A stretch of DNA of 64,000 bases, taken from NCBI GenBank assembly GCA_039545335.1, contig BCIN01000003.1, positions 1,499,941 to 1,563,940 on the forward strand, in the 5' to 3' direction. The translations under genes were made by a program, and so were the position numbers. The stretch comes from Kondoa subrosea. Lineage: Eukaryota. Under the pieces are notes generated by a model. It was not told the DNA's origin, searched no databases, and saw nothing but the letters and a program-made list of their open reading frames with translations. Of this stretch, positions 1-13,123 are shown piece after piece. Position 1 is the stretch's first letter. Every line of letters begins with the position of its first letter.

Positions 1-270
1 AAAGCCGTCAAAACTTATTCAGGTCATACTAATGCGAAATATTCCATTTCACCTCTTTTCCTTTGGTCTGGGAAGAATAAAAGAGCTTTGATTTGTTCTG
101 GAAGCGAAGATGGTTCGATTTGGATGTGGGATGTCCAGACTACAAAACAAGTCTCTAAATGGAAAGCGCACGAAGATACAGTCATTGCTGTGGATATACT
201 GGGAGATATGCTGGTCAGCGGTAGCCTGGAGAAGGACATGACTGTCAAGGTGTGGAAGCTGATCGAGTGA
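1..270 (+). CDS. 3' end of WD40 protein, WDR5/Swd3-like (partial, runs off window start)
   Basis: Open frame KAVKTYSGHTNAKYSI...LICSGSEDGSIWMWDVQT...HEDTVIAVD...SGSLEKDMTVKVW* resembles the last two WD repeats of WDR5 (KTYTGHKNEKYCI...SGSED...ENDKTIKLW). Confidence 0.7.
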   Translation, partial: KAVKTYSGHTNAKYSISPLFLWSGKNKRALICSGSEDGSIWMWDVQTTKQVSKWKAHEDTVIAVDILGDMLVSGSLEKDMTVKVWKLIE

Positions 271-511
271 AGCATGCCTAGGGGTAAGTTCCTATGTTTG
301 TAATGTTCACCATGCTGATCTTTCCCAATGAGGAATAGAGTGCCCGCCTTGAGTGTCCAAACTCGTAGAAATGACAATGTGATCATATGTTCCGATCAAG
401 GTAAGTTCTCGAGATATCACTGGGTAATGCTGAGAGATTGCTAATACATGCTCTAGGGAAATGCAAATGCTATGATACAAGATCTATTATGTCTACTATG
501 TGGATGAGACT

Positions 512-2811
512 TCACGAGGTCGCGTAGCGAGATCTGGCTCGCAGTGCCGCTCCATATTTGAGTAGGAGCTATATAGATACATAAGCCATTGTATGCCAGA
601 GAATGCAAGAAGCTCACATAAAAGAGCGGAATCATCAGAATCGACAGTCCAGCCAGCAGGGAGCTGCCACCGCCGAGACCCAATTTGTGGAAGAAAGCTC
701 GACCAAAAAGCTGCAAGATCCGTCCGTATCAGCATATAGTTGCGAGAGCGAGACACTATTCTTACAGGAAAGGCGCTAGCCATGGAAGATCGGAAGAGGT
801 CATTGCCTGCCAAAACCGATGCTGAATACTTGGCTAAAGTCACAAGATCAGCAACCTTACGACCCGTTCCGCGAGCAAGAGCCTACTGTATGATAATGCA
901 AGGTACATCAGAATACACTGAAAGAGTAGATAGATGCCAGGCAAGTAGAGTGCTGCTCCGATGACAGCTCCGATCCTTACTCAGAAGATCAGATCGAAGT
1001 AAATTTGCGAAACGGTAGACACACCAATGTACATCTCTTCTTGCTGTCCAGCCGAAGATGAACAATGAAATGGGAATGAAGAAGCTTGCGACCAGTCCTA
1101 GTCGAAGGTAATCTTCCAAAACCAGCCCGCCTTTCCTCTTCTCGTAGCCAACAAGCCATACTTTGTTGTACCAGACATACACCGCGAAGGTGACCGCGCC
1201 GCTAACTACGAAGCCGAGGAATGGAAGAGAGCTGATGCCAAGTGACATTCCGTAGATGTCTGAAAAGGTGAGGGGAAAGGCTTCGAACTAAAAAGATGTC
1301 AGTAATTCTGCAGAAGCTAAGGGAGAACTGACTCACCCATAAATAGAACACGCTATAAACGAGCCCAATATATACGTTACTGAACGCAACAGCAGGCTCA
1401 AAACAGAGTAGGATAGGCCGCAGTAACGACTCCTTCATGAAAGCTGCTGTACTGATGTTTGCTTCGTCAATTTCAGACTGACTTCTCAAATTGACATTGT
1501 TAGTGATTTTTCGCAAACGCTGAGCTCGACGCAGAAGGATGTTGCCCTGATGTGTTTCTGGGAGAAAGAAGAAGAGTAGTAGAAGCGCGAAGGTCGAGAG
1601 CCAAGTCAACTCATATATCGGCCACTACACAACATTGTTAGACAACAGAGTCAGTCATGCAGAAAGATGGACTGACCTGCCATCCATTGGCTTCCGCTGC
1701 AAATCCACCCACTACGGGGCCTGTGATCGGCCCCAATACAGCCTGTACATCATCGCAAAGATTAGTATAGGACGACCAGAATGAGTGTTACACTTACGCC
1801 GATCGACCAGATTCCAAGGCCAACCGACAAATTGGCCAAGCTAATGAAGTCTTGTATGCTAGCTCCGCCAGTAGCCAAAGCAGGTGACCCCACAAAGCCA
1901 GTCACTGGGAAGAAAGGGCTCAGGCATGGTGTTGTGGACAATGATCAAGCGGCTTACGAAAGCGGAATGCGAGGACAGTAGCAAAGTTCTTCGCGTATAC
2001 AATCGGGAGCTGGAACAGAACGAAAAGCAGCAGACCAATCATGTAGACTGGGTTTCGTCCGAACTTTGACATTTCTTGGAATGGACTGTAAGCAGCATAA
2101 GACTGCTGTATCAGACAGTGAGCATACTCGTACCTCAGAAACATTGGGCCTAAACCATAGGCCAGCACGAAGAGGGTGAGACCCAGCGTAGCTTTGACTG
2201 CTCCGATATCAAATTCTTGCATCAGAGATGGTATCGAAGCTGTATATATTGCAGAACCAGCATAGACACTGAAGGTGAGCAAGCAGATTTCGCTGGCGAC
2301 CACAACCTTTTTTGCGCGACTCCAATTCCTGACAAGGTGTCAATAAGGTAGTTCCTTGTATCAATACAGTTTCAACTTACTGAGGATTTTCCGGATCATC
2401 AGGGCCATTCCAGTTTACCAGAGACGACGCTTGGCTATTGTCTTTTTCAGTGATAATTTCTGGTTCAGGTTCGCCTTCTTCTAAAGTGAACATTTTCCCC
2501 GGGACTTTCGCTGTGTTCAGCTGAGTAGTCGAGGGAGTGGTATCGACAAGAGTAGTAGCAGAAGAGGAAGTTGAAGATGGAGTCAGAGCGCGACTATCAG
2601 AATCTTGCAAATGAGCTGCAGTAGGTTGCGTGATCTTTGTAGCAAGCGCTGAGGTTGAACGAGAGGCCTTCTCATTATCAGACGAGCTTGTTTTCAGGTA
2701 TCGTGTAGGAACAACGTAGTCTGACCGTTCTTCAGGGTAAGAAAAGAGCCTTCCTTGCGAGATATAATTGACCAGGCGTCCGAAGGGCGCTTCACGTAGT
2801 AAGTCTGACAT
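512..2811 (-). CDS. MFS drug:H+ antiporter, DHA1 family (Mdr1/Flr1/Caf5-like), multi-exon
   Basis: N-terminus MSDLLREAPFGRLVNY..FSYPEER and VNWNGPDDPENPQ; LTLFVLAYGLGPM, GRNPVY, LPETHQGNILLRRAQRLRK, SVLAGNDLFRS; ends KYGAALRARSRYATS*. Confidence 0.9.
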
Positions 2812-3212
2812 TGTTAAACAGTTAGGCAGAAATGAAGAGATAGATGATGGAACAGAACAAGGATAAAAGCAAACAAAAAAGGAAAGGGTCGCTAAGTCAT
2901 CATTGCAAAATTTGGGATGATCAGTAATCTCGCGTCCACTTGGCGATTATTGAGCAAAGATGCTGACAAAAGAGGCCACCAATCCATGCGGACGCAGTCA
3001 CGCAGCCGGCAGAATAGGTATCAGATTGGCAGAGGGAGAACATGTTCAAAATCAAGAAACAAGGAATCCACTCGAGCCCATAATGAGCGCGACTTGATTA
3101 CATAATCTAGTAACTCAATCGGATAATGCTGATTTGCAAATGCTACAGAGCGTTTACGATCATAAATAGGGATATATATAGGGATATCTATATTACAATT
3201 CGGAATTCCACC

Positions 3213-5474
3213 TCAAATGACATATCGGAAGCCATAACGGACCGGCGTCCTTCCCTTGGAGTACGCTTGACTGGGATTATCAACCACTTCTGCGTCAGAC
3301 CTTTCAAGCTGGCGATTGAGTCGTATCAATGTGAAGCGGTGTCTGGAGGCCAGAATGTCAGTGCTTTCATAAAACATTATGGGACTGCTTACACGCAAAC
3401 TCCAATACTGCACGCGACGAAGCAAGAGATGCAGATACCGTACTGTGCATAAAATAAGCATCCAAACGAGGTCCAATGTACTTTTAAAAAAACGACTTAC
3501 ACTCTTGGTATAAGTCGGTCCCCACTTCAAAGGGAAGACGTACGCGCCAGCGATATTGCCTAGCTCTGTGTGAAGAAGAAGAGAGGTCAGCGATTTGATC
3601 AGAAGCTGCAGAATCTACTTTAGCAGCTCACGACTGAAGGCGTTAACAAAAGCGATGGCGCTAGAGAAAAAAACTTATTAGAAGTGATCAGCTCTAGGCT
3701 CGGTAGCTTACATAGCACGGCGCATAGGTGGTCTCGGGAAACTAGACGAGATCCAGGCCAAGAAGACTACGAAAGCAGCATACGAAGCAGCTTGGAGGAA
3801 GAACGAGACATATCGAGCTGCCAGAACTTGTGTCGACATAGAGATAATGAAGCCTTGTATACGAGTGAGTGAAAGCATAGCATTGTCTCTGCTGCCGTAC
3901 CTATCAATCCGAGAGCTAAGGGCCATTGAATGTGCCAGAAACGTTCCGAGACCTTGTCAGAATGTCTTGCGTTGAAAAAAGCGACAAGAGTAGCGAAAGC
4001 TGTGCTCAACATGAGCAATGCTGCACAAGTAGCAGTAAGTGCTTACCAAAAGGCGGAGCACACAAGAGCAGAGTGACTGTTCTGTTGTACCCAAGTGTTG
4101 CTGTAAGTGAAGGGAACTAAAGTCGCATAGTAAGCGAAGCACACTCAAATGATAAGAAGCGCACGAATTGATTGAAGCTGAGCGACACAACCATAGCAGT
4201 CAAGCTCAAAGCCATGACCTGGGCAGAAGAAAAATGAGTCGAATACTACATGCGGGCAAGGAATATCTATACCCAGACTTTGTAATCCCTGATGACTTGC
4301 CATAGCGATTGGAGAGCTGTTTCATCAGATTCATCGTCTGCCATTCCCGAATCTTCGGCCATCCTGAGATGAGCCAGATCGCGTTCCGCTTGAGTGAAGC
4401 CTCTGGAATTCTCCGGGAAGCTAGAAGCATGTTTAAAGAGTCGTCAAATCGGAAGCATGCTTAACTCACTCAGGCAAAATGAGCATAGCCACTAGTCCGA
4501 CAAAGACTGTAATAGCTCCTTCTAGATAAAACAGCCATCGCCAGGCAGGCTCGCCAAGCTTGTTGTTCATTCCATTCAAAATGCCCTGTGCCAAATCTTC
4601 AGCATATCCGAAGATTCCTACAGTGAGATATACTGACTGCTGCGATCAGCGGACCGAAAGCATTGGAAGCCAAGCTGCCACAGTAGAGGATCGCTGTCCG
4701 AAGACCAAGCTCCTTCTTGGTATACCTGTGTGTTCTTCGGAAGTAGGTTCTGTTGCTTTGGCTTGTCAGGTCGAGGAGCCAGACAGCAACGTACCATTTA
4801 CTCAATAAATAGAGAGCTCCAGGGAAATATGCTGCTTCAATAAAGCCAAGGAAACTTCTCAAGGTCAGGTGAGATTCAACGATAAGATATCAACTTGCTT
4901 ACAATCTCGTAAGTAAAGCTCCGACGAAGTTATGGCAGATTCCGGTGAGAATACTGATAGCTCCCCATATACAGATGCAGACTGGCAAATAAATTGAAGG
5001 GCGACCCGTATATTGCACCAACCTTGCAGCTCAAATGAAAGTTAGCATTTGTGAGAAGCATCTTGACATACATATTCGAAGGGATCTGCATCAGGATATA
5101 TCCAACTGTTATGAAGGATGAACATATGCAACAAAGCAAAGACAGTCTACTTACCATACAGAATTGAAAGCAGTGTTTGGTATTGAGTATCGGTGATTCC
5201 CAAGTCTCGGACGAGCCCTCTTGATCGCGCTGCGCTTGCATTATTGCGATCGATATAGTTCAAAATGTCTTCAAATACAGTTAGCTTTGTCCAGCTTGTT
5301 CACAAGAGATCACGGACAAATGACAATCAGAATGCTCATCCGCAAATCCACTTTTCGGACGAGCTTCATCTCCAACACTGCTCTCTCTTCCGGATCAAAG
5401 TGTACTGCGGGATTCCCTTCTAGCTGCTGTTCACTAATCAGAGCCTTCTCGTTTGTCATCTTCGTATCCGCCAT
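3213..5474 (-). CDS. MFS transporter, anion:cation symporter family (Dal5/Tna1-like), multi-exon
   Basis: EMKLVRKVDLR, GYILMQIPSN, FLGFIEAAYFPGALYLLSKWY, ELGLRTAILYCG, SDKVSERFWH; ends GFRYVI* as is typical for the family. Confidence 0.88.
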
Positions 5475-5888
5475 ATCTAGCGAATCTAAATGGTGCCGGG
5501 CTGAACGTAGACAAAGAGAGAGAATACCAGAAGCGCTCGTTACCGGTCAAGATGGGAAAGAAAGAAAAGGGAGCTAAGCAAGATTTGCGGAGACCACATT
5601 TCGCTGCAGGCACATGATGCGCTCGTCGCATGCTTTTGTCGGGAGCATAGATAGATTAACTAAGTCATTCAAGCGGTGTGTAGGACTTCACATAGCGGGC
5701 AAAGAACAGGATAACAAGAGTCTTCATGAAAAGTCGCGTTTTGGCATTACAGTCTGCGGATCCTTCATTCGCTTAGGCGGTTGGCAATGGAGCTCTGAAT
5801 GTTCCAAGGACGATACGCAAGTCCGACGCTGTGAAGGCAGGCAGCGTGAATGCTTTCGCCAAGATCTAGGTTGTTCGAGTGCAACGAT

Positions 5889-8800
5889 ATGGCAAGCGCG
5901 ATAGCGAGCACCTCTCGGATCCGGCTCGAAGACTGGGACAGTCTGACATTGACAGCAGCTCAAAAGACGAGCGTATCTCAATTGGAAGCAGCCGTATCAC
6001 AGCGACCTATTCCAGCCAAAGTATGTGTCGCCGGAACCTAGCTCTCTCCTGCATGCTGAATCAGGTTCTTAGCTCCTCGCTAAAGTCGACAGTACACCTA
6101 TTACACGTTCTGCAACACCAGCAGAAGCTTTCAGATCCAAAAGACTTGAAAACAATGCCTCTAGACCTAGTTCACCTCGTCATGCGCATCGCTCCAAGCA
6201 TTCTGTGGATATATCTGCTTCAGTGCACAGTGAGATGAACACAGATCCTCTAGCAATCACAGCACCTATTGAAACAACTCAGCAATTCTATGATTGGTTC
6301 GGACGAGTTGAAGAAAGCATTGAGCGAGAACAGGAAGAGTCGTACAGAAGTTTTCTGAACGAAGTGGAAGCGTATATTGATGCTTGCGATGAGATTGTGG
6401 ATAATTTGGAAGAGAGCAGAGGTCTGGTCCATGAGATGGAAGCCAACTACAAATTCGTGCAAGACAATTCTAGGGCTTTGCAAGTCGCCTGCGAAAACAT
6501 GTTGGAAGATCAGGTTAGTCAGATCAATCGTACTCAGAGTACCACTGAAAGCATGCACCACAGAAACACCTCATCGAAGTCAGCGAAGCAATTGGGTCTC
6601 GTTTGAACTACTTCAGGGAACTCGAGAACGCTATCCGCATGCTCAATTCACCTGGTGAAGCTATTGTGCTGACGAGCGAGTTTCTCAATCTCCTGGATCG
6701 ACTTGATGTCTGCTTGGAATACCTTAAAGCGAATGTAGGTGCATGCGGTCTGCCTTGCTGATATACAGCTGAAGTACGATGCTTGTCTATAGCGCCTCTT
6801 CAAGGACGCCGAGATTTACCTGATCCGTTTTCAACAATGTCTTACCCGTTCTATGACTCTCATTAAGATGTACTTTGTCAATACCGTTAATGCTTTAGGT
6901 CAAGAAGTGGCAGAGCGTACTGGCAAGAAAGTACGTCATTTGACTGCTCTACTTTCGAAAGCTTATCACATTCAATGCAGAATCTCAGCGAAACGGCTTT
7001 TCAAGCTCTACTATACAACAAATTCGCTTCGGCAGCTGAACCAATCCGAGTTCTTACCTTTGAGCTAGAAAGAAGAGCTCAAACAGATCCAAACGAATAT
7101 GGTGCTTTGTTAGCTGAATGCTACACGACCTGGTTCTCTGTACGAAATTCTATACTAGCTGCTTCTGTTGCGGAAGAGATCCGCAGAATGGATCCTTACG
7201 AGACTGATCTAGTCACATTAGTGTGTTGCGACCTATTTTGTAAACAATGAAGTGTCATACTGATTGTCTGATCTAGGCTAGAGTTGGTCTGAACTATATG
7301 CGATCCGTTTGCACAAATGAGTGGAATTTGTTCCGAGATTACTTCTCACGAGCTGGTCAAGAGCAGATCTAGTAAGCCCATCGTATCTGATGATATACCT
7401 CGCAAATGCTAAATATTTGCTTAAGCCGCTACCTTGAAAGTCTTTGCGATCGCTTGTTCGACTTTCTTCGTCCTCGTATTCTGCATGAAACCAAGCTTGA
7501 ACTCTTGTGCGAACTCTGTACTGTCTTGCAAGCTCTCATGGCTGTCGATGTGGACAATGATGAAGATCAAGAAACTACTTCCCTCTTCTCTCCTTCTGCA
7601 GTAACACCACCAGCAACCAAAAATGGCTTTTTCAACACTGTCACACCACAGAGTCCTGTTTCTCCGTTACCGAACCTTAGATTTGGCTTATTACTTGAAT
7701 CCGTTTTGCAAGATGTCCAAACTAGACTAGTCTTCAGAGCGCAAGCAGTCATTCAAACTGAAGTCCTAAATTATCAGCCTACACCTGACGATTTAGCTTA
7801 CCCGGAAAAGATCAAGAGTGCGAAACGCATGTCACTTTGGATGAATGGAGAAGATGACGGCGAAGGTTCTTCTTTGCAAGGTGGTGGGAACAACAAAGGT
7901 GGTGCACTACAATTCAGATTGCCGCCTGAAGAAGTCCAAGAGACCTGGTACATGACCTTGAGGAAAACGCTTTGGGTTCTGTCGAAATTACACACCTATG
8001 TAAAGGTACGCTCATCTCCATGCTCTGGCAGATCTATAGGAGCTGACCTGTTATCGGTAAAGGATGCTATCTTTGAAGATTTTGCCGGAGAAGCAGTCAC
8101 CCTTTGTCGCCAATCCCTTACTTCCGCTTCAGAAAAAGTTGCGGCCCGACCAAATGCCACCAGACTGGACGGTCAACTGTTTGCCATTCGACATTTGCTC
8201 ATACTCAAAGAGATGGTCCGATCGGTCGATTTGGTCCAAGTTGAACGTGCAGCAGATTTCTCTTCCGTCACAGGTTAGTTTCGTGACTTTTTCCCTATCA
8301 TGTGATCTCAAGCGAAGTTAGATGCATTGTCCACCTTGCTTCGAAATACTTCTGCGCTGTTCAACCCTGCTGCACTGTTTGAAATGGCTTATAGAGGAAT
8401 GCCAAACTTTGCGGAAACAATGAAAGATGCCAAAATTGTGCGTGATCAACTGTCAGCCCAGAGAATCAACTCTTAGCTGTTTTTTGTATTCCGCACAGGA
8501 CTTGGACGTAGCGCTGAAGGCTGTCTGCGAAGACTTGATTGCCAACTCTGCGCTTTCCATTGCAGCACCCCTCCGATCTTACCTCAATCGCTCAACAAAG
8601 TATCTATCTAGCAAACCCACTACCGGTACTCTAGATCTTACTTCTCAAGAATGGGCAACGGCAGATCAAGTAAAAGCTTTACACGCTGCTTTCGTAGCTG
8701 AAGGTGGTGAAGGTGGAATGGAAGGTGGAATGGCAGAGATGCTAGCAAAGCTCAATACCTGGTTGAGCGACAAACAAGCTGTTGCTGTCCTCGTGCCACC

Positions 8801-9008
8801 TATTCAAGTCAGTCTCGCATTGATTCACTGCTCAATAGTGCACTGATACGTAGAGCAGGAAGAAATATACGAAACTTACCTGTCGTTCTACAATCTAGTC
8901 AGGAGCGAGTACGACTTCGAAGTGTCGAGCACATTGCTCTCGCCGAACGGTTTGAGAGACCGATTAGCAGCAATTGCACAAACGGCAGGGGCGAGGATGA
9001 AGAGCTAG
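5889..9008 (+). CDS. COG3: Conserved oligomeric Golgi complex subunit 3 (Sec34), multi-exon
   Basis: IETTQQFYDWF, LQVACENMLEDQ, FQQCLTRSMTLIKMYFV, LRPRILHE, LQDVQTRLVFRAQ, TWYMTLRKTLWVLSKL, DGQLFAIRHLLILKE. Confidence 0.92.
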
Positions 9009-9037
9009 ATCTATTGCACAATGTAATGCAAATGCAA

Positions 9038-10049
9038 TCAGTCTTGTGCCGGTGACAATGCTATTAAATTGAATTGGATGGAGTCGCCCGAAATGGCAAT
9101 CAATTCCTTCACTGCAGCGACCACACTCTGCACAATTTCAGATATAGAAGCACGGCTCGACGGGAAGAGCCTACTCGAAGTAAGTCCTGTTGAATAGGTC
9201 CCTTATCTATAGGAGAGTTGTTTCGTCCGTCCAGCTCAACCAATCGCCCGTGAGATTCGACAAAAGCGGCAAAATGTAGGTCGGTATCATCGTTAAGGTC
9301 TGGAGTTTGCGATTGTCCAGACGAAGCGGTAGCTGCGTGGACTGCCTCAAGTTCAGACGAAGTTTCCAGGAACTTCCCTCTTTCTGCTGGCGTCAGAGGT
9401 TTGCAGGTTTCAAAGAGCTTTTGTCTGTTGCATTCTGACCGTGAGAATACCCCTTGGCGACAATCATGTCTACATACAGATGTCCACCTTGTACTGCAAA
9501 ATACGTAAGCTCAGATTGCATAATTGGCTCGTGTTTCGATTTACCGAGTGGTACATTTGCATTCGCAAGGGCATGGAGAAGACCAATAGTCCCGCAAGCA
9601 TTTGCAATTGTTTGCCTTCCTAAAGATCAGCGAAGAGTGCTTCCATGATACGACTGCACTGACTTGAAGTACATCAAATCACCACCAAATTGAGTGTCAG
9701 CTAGCTTCTCATTCTGTGCTTTCCTGCGTTCTTCGTACTGAGGTGTGATAGGAAAGAGAAGAAGCACAGCTTTCACAGGTGCCGGAACGAATGCTAAGAG
9801 CTCCTCATCAAGCCCATAGATGTCGCTGAAAGCGTATTGAGAAACATCAAGGCCCATCTCTTGCGCCCATCTGCGCAACATCGAGACGAATGAACAGAGC
9901 AAAGGGAGATTTGGCAGACAATGAGACAGACTTAGTGTAGAGCTCAGGATTTGACTCGAGCGGTAGCCAGCGGGCTGAGCGAATGCATGAGGACGCTTAT
10001 TTGGTTACTAAGTAATGGTATCCAGCTCACGAGTCGCTTTGTCAGTCAT
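9038..10049 (-). CDS. Ubiquitin C-terminal hydrolase (peptidase C12, UCH-L3/Yuh1-like), multi-exon
   Basis: Spliced start MTDKATP|RWLPLESNP; DIYGLDEELLAFVPAPVKAVLLLFP; catalytic QTIANACGTIGLLH, DLHF and ELDG; ends IQFNLIALSPAQD*. Confidence 0.92.
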
Positions 10050-10104
10050 GACGTTCGCTGCTGCTAAACAAGAGATTGTTGTTTTTTTGCTTGAAACCGC
10101 GACA

Positions 10105-10984
10105 ATGGTTCGGTACAGATGCAGATGGGACAAATGTTCGCATGTCCAAGAGGATGATCTAGAAGGCTTCAAGAAGCATTTGCGCATGCATGCAAGGCAA
10201 TTAGAAGAAGAAGTCACTGGAGTCTCTCAAGGATCAACAACTGAAACGCAGAGTAGTCAGGAAGCTCAAGTACAGCAACAGGCGGCAGTAGTACAAGTGA
10301 CGGAAATGCGTGTCGAGCCAGAAAGTGCTTCGTATATGCCTCGGTAGGATACCTTCGCTCGAGCCATCTGCCTCCTCTGACTGTTACAACAGGATCCCAG
10401 CCAACGCTTCTGACCCTTCCTCCTCCAGTCATGACACCAGCAATCTTCCTCCGCCCATACCACAAGCTTCAGCTTCAAGACTTGAAACAGCTCCAGCAGC
10501 AGGTTCCAGCAGCACCAAACGGAAGGCCGCAGATCCTTCTTCGGATCCAGCTTCTGTGACGGAAGATTCTCTCGAAGCCGTTCGGAACCAAGCGCAGAAG
10601 AAGGCCAAAGTTGAATCGCAAGGTACTTCAAGTAATTCCGCTTCGCAAGAGAATCAATCCATCATCATCCCTGGAGTCTTTGCGAGCCAGTTGGTTCCTC
10701 CACCAGCAGAAGATATCGCCGCTTCTCCTATTCCTCATCATTCTCAATCTCAATCTTCTTCTTCCGGTCCGTCGAGATCTCAACCCTCTCTTGCTTTACC
10801 TCCACGAACAAGAACAAATGCCCATGCGTATAGAAATTCGGAAGAAAGGGCAGTGTTTGAAATGTTTGGAGGGAGCGATACTCAGTCGTCCGAAGAAGTT
10901 TACGTCGACCAAGCGGTAAAAGGTATTTCGACCCAACCTCCGCCTCTTGCGTCTCAAGCGACAACGAAGGATGGAAGCTCCTAA
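10105..10984 (+). CDS. Small C2H2-type zinc-finger protein with Ser-rich disordered tail (one intron inferred, 10270-10321)
   Basis: YRCRWDKCSHVQEDDLEGFKKHLRMH (Cx4C...Hx3H). A 52-nt GT-AG intron joins it in frame to the 10310-10984 ORF. Confidence 0.6.
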
Positions 10985-13033
10985 GATGACGACGGTGGAA
11001 GTAGCCGAGAGCGGATCTCTTGAACCAACGACTGAGCGTCGGCTTTGCCCTTGGATTGCTTCATCCCTTGTCCAACAAGCCATTGAATGATTTTCTCTTC
11101 TCCAGCTCGAATCTGGGCTACCTGTTTCGGGTGAGCAGCAATAAGGCTTTCGACCAGATCGGTCGAAGCGGAAGTGGATTGCGAAGAGATTAAAAGCGGT
11201 AGTGAAGTAGTGTTTGCAGGGTTGACGAATTCTTGTAAAACAGATTTGGCCGAAGTAGCTATGATGTATCAAGAATGAGCATAAGAGCTGGGCAAAGATT
11301 GGACAGTCTTACTTGTAATCTTGTTCTGGCTTACAGCATCAATGATTAAACCAAGATCAGAAGCTTTGACCGGGTTGTCCAAGAATGATATCTCATGCTT
11401 GCTTAACGCTCCTAGTAGTTCATGTACGATCCTATGATATGACTTCTTAGCAATGGGCTTTCTTAAAAATGACACAGACGTACCAATTAGCTGCAACTCG
11501 AGCATCTCTTCCCTTAGCCGTCTCTTCGAACAGCCGAACACAAGCGCCGAAGCTCGCGTCGTCGTCTGTATCTGTACTTCCTATCACGCATAAACGTTGC
11601 ACAATCTCTGGCGATAATTTGTAATCTCTTGTGATCCGATCTCGCATAGCATCAGGTAGTTCAGGCATTTCCGCTCGGAGTTCTTCGATCGTTCGCTATC
11701 CGTCACATCAACACATCGTTCACTGAATAAATTCCTATACTCACGTCAGTGATAGTGAGCGGCGGAACATCTGGATCAGGCATGTAGCGATAATCAGGCG
11801 CATCTTCTTTCCCTCGCATGCGATATGTTTTTCGACCGACCGCATCGAAACCTCTTGTCTCTTGTAGCACTACGGCATCGGCAGAAGACTCAAGTAAAGT
11901 AATTTGACGATCGATCTCGTAGTCTGTTTGTCCGTAATGATTGAGCACCAAATAACGCAGCTCATGGCGGAGACGGACCTATAGCGTGAACCATGAAGCG
12001 AACACTGTTCAGGTTTTTGATTTCGCATCTTGTCCCATAATCGCGCGCATTTGCGCGTTGAACAGAAACATTGACATCGATGCGTAATGAACCCTGCCAG
12101 AAGTACATCGAGTCAGCTGCATCTGACTGCAACTCTTTTCAGTATCTGACCTTTTCCATATCTCCATCCGAAGCACCTATTCTGCGTAAGATGCTTTGGA
12201 TCTTACGCACATAAGCAGCAGCTTCTTGAGGTGTTCTGATGCCAAATATTAGCAAAGAACGGAGTAGAAGCGTAAGGTAAAATTACCTCATATCTGCATC
12301 AGAGACAATTTCGATCAAAGCCACACCAGCTCTGTTTAAATCTATGGTAACTTTGCCAGTGTAAGGATCAATAGTGCTTTTCGCTGTATCTTGCTCTAGC
12401 TGAATCTGCTGTATTCCGACTTTCACCTCACGATGAACATTCTCATCTAATGCGCTGAGCTGAACAGAGCCATTAATCGCTAGTGGAACTGAACGGAAGA
12501 TCAGCTAATCTTGTTTAAACTCCAGTGAGATATGCACCGTACGATATTTCTGAGTGATCTGATAACCAGGAGGTAGATCATGGTAGTGATAATGCTTGCG
12601 ATCGAAAGTAGAAGTTTGATTGATCTGACAATTGAGAGCTAGAGCTGCTTTGCAAGCTAGTCTGACAGGTTCAGGTGATAAGATCTGCAGCACAATATCA
12701 GCACACTGTTCATCTTGCGAATATAGCATGTACAGGCAGTACACCTGGAATTGCAGCATCGAAGAGAGCAACATTGCTATTAGGTGGATCATCAAATCGA
12801 GCAGAAGCATCTGGAAAGGGGAGAAGATTGGCCATGGAAGCAGTATGATAGATGTAAAGCATACTTGAGAAGAGCTTATGCGCAGATTTGAGCTGACAAT
12901 GGATTTCTAGTCCAATAACAGAAAGCCAACCAGGCCGAGCAGAATTAGTCGCATAATGCCTTGTAGGCGGCCACAATATAGAATGCGGGCCTCTGATGGA
13001 CTGCCTAGAGACCCGCAGAACACATCCGAGCAT
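10981..13033 (-). CDS. PET112: Mitochondrial Glu-tRNA(Gln) amidotransferase subunit B (GatB/Pet112), multi-exon
   Basis: Arg-rich presequence; [74 protein letters not shown]; Yqey-like tail [14 protein letters not shown]. Confidence 0.95.
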
Positions 13034-13123
13034 GCAAAGAAGTGAATTTTCGAAAATCAAAGGTCAGTGGAGAGCAGCCGCCATCATTGAAGCTGCTTAG
13101 TATACCCTGAGGTGATACCCATT

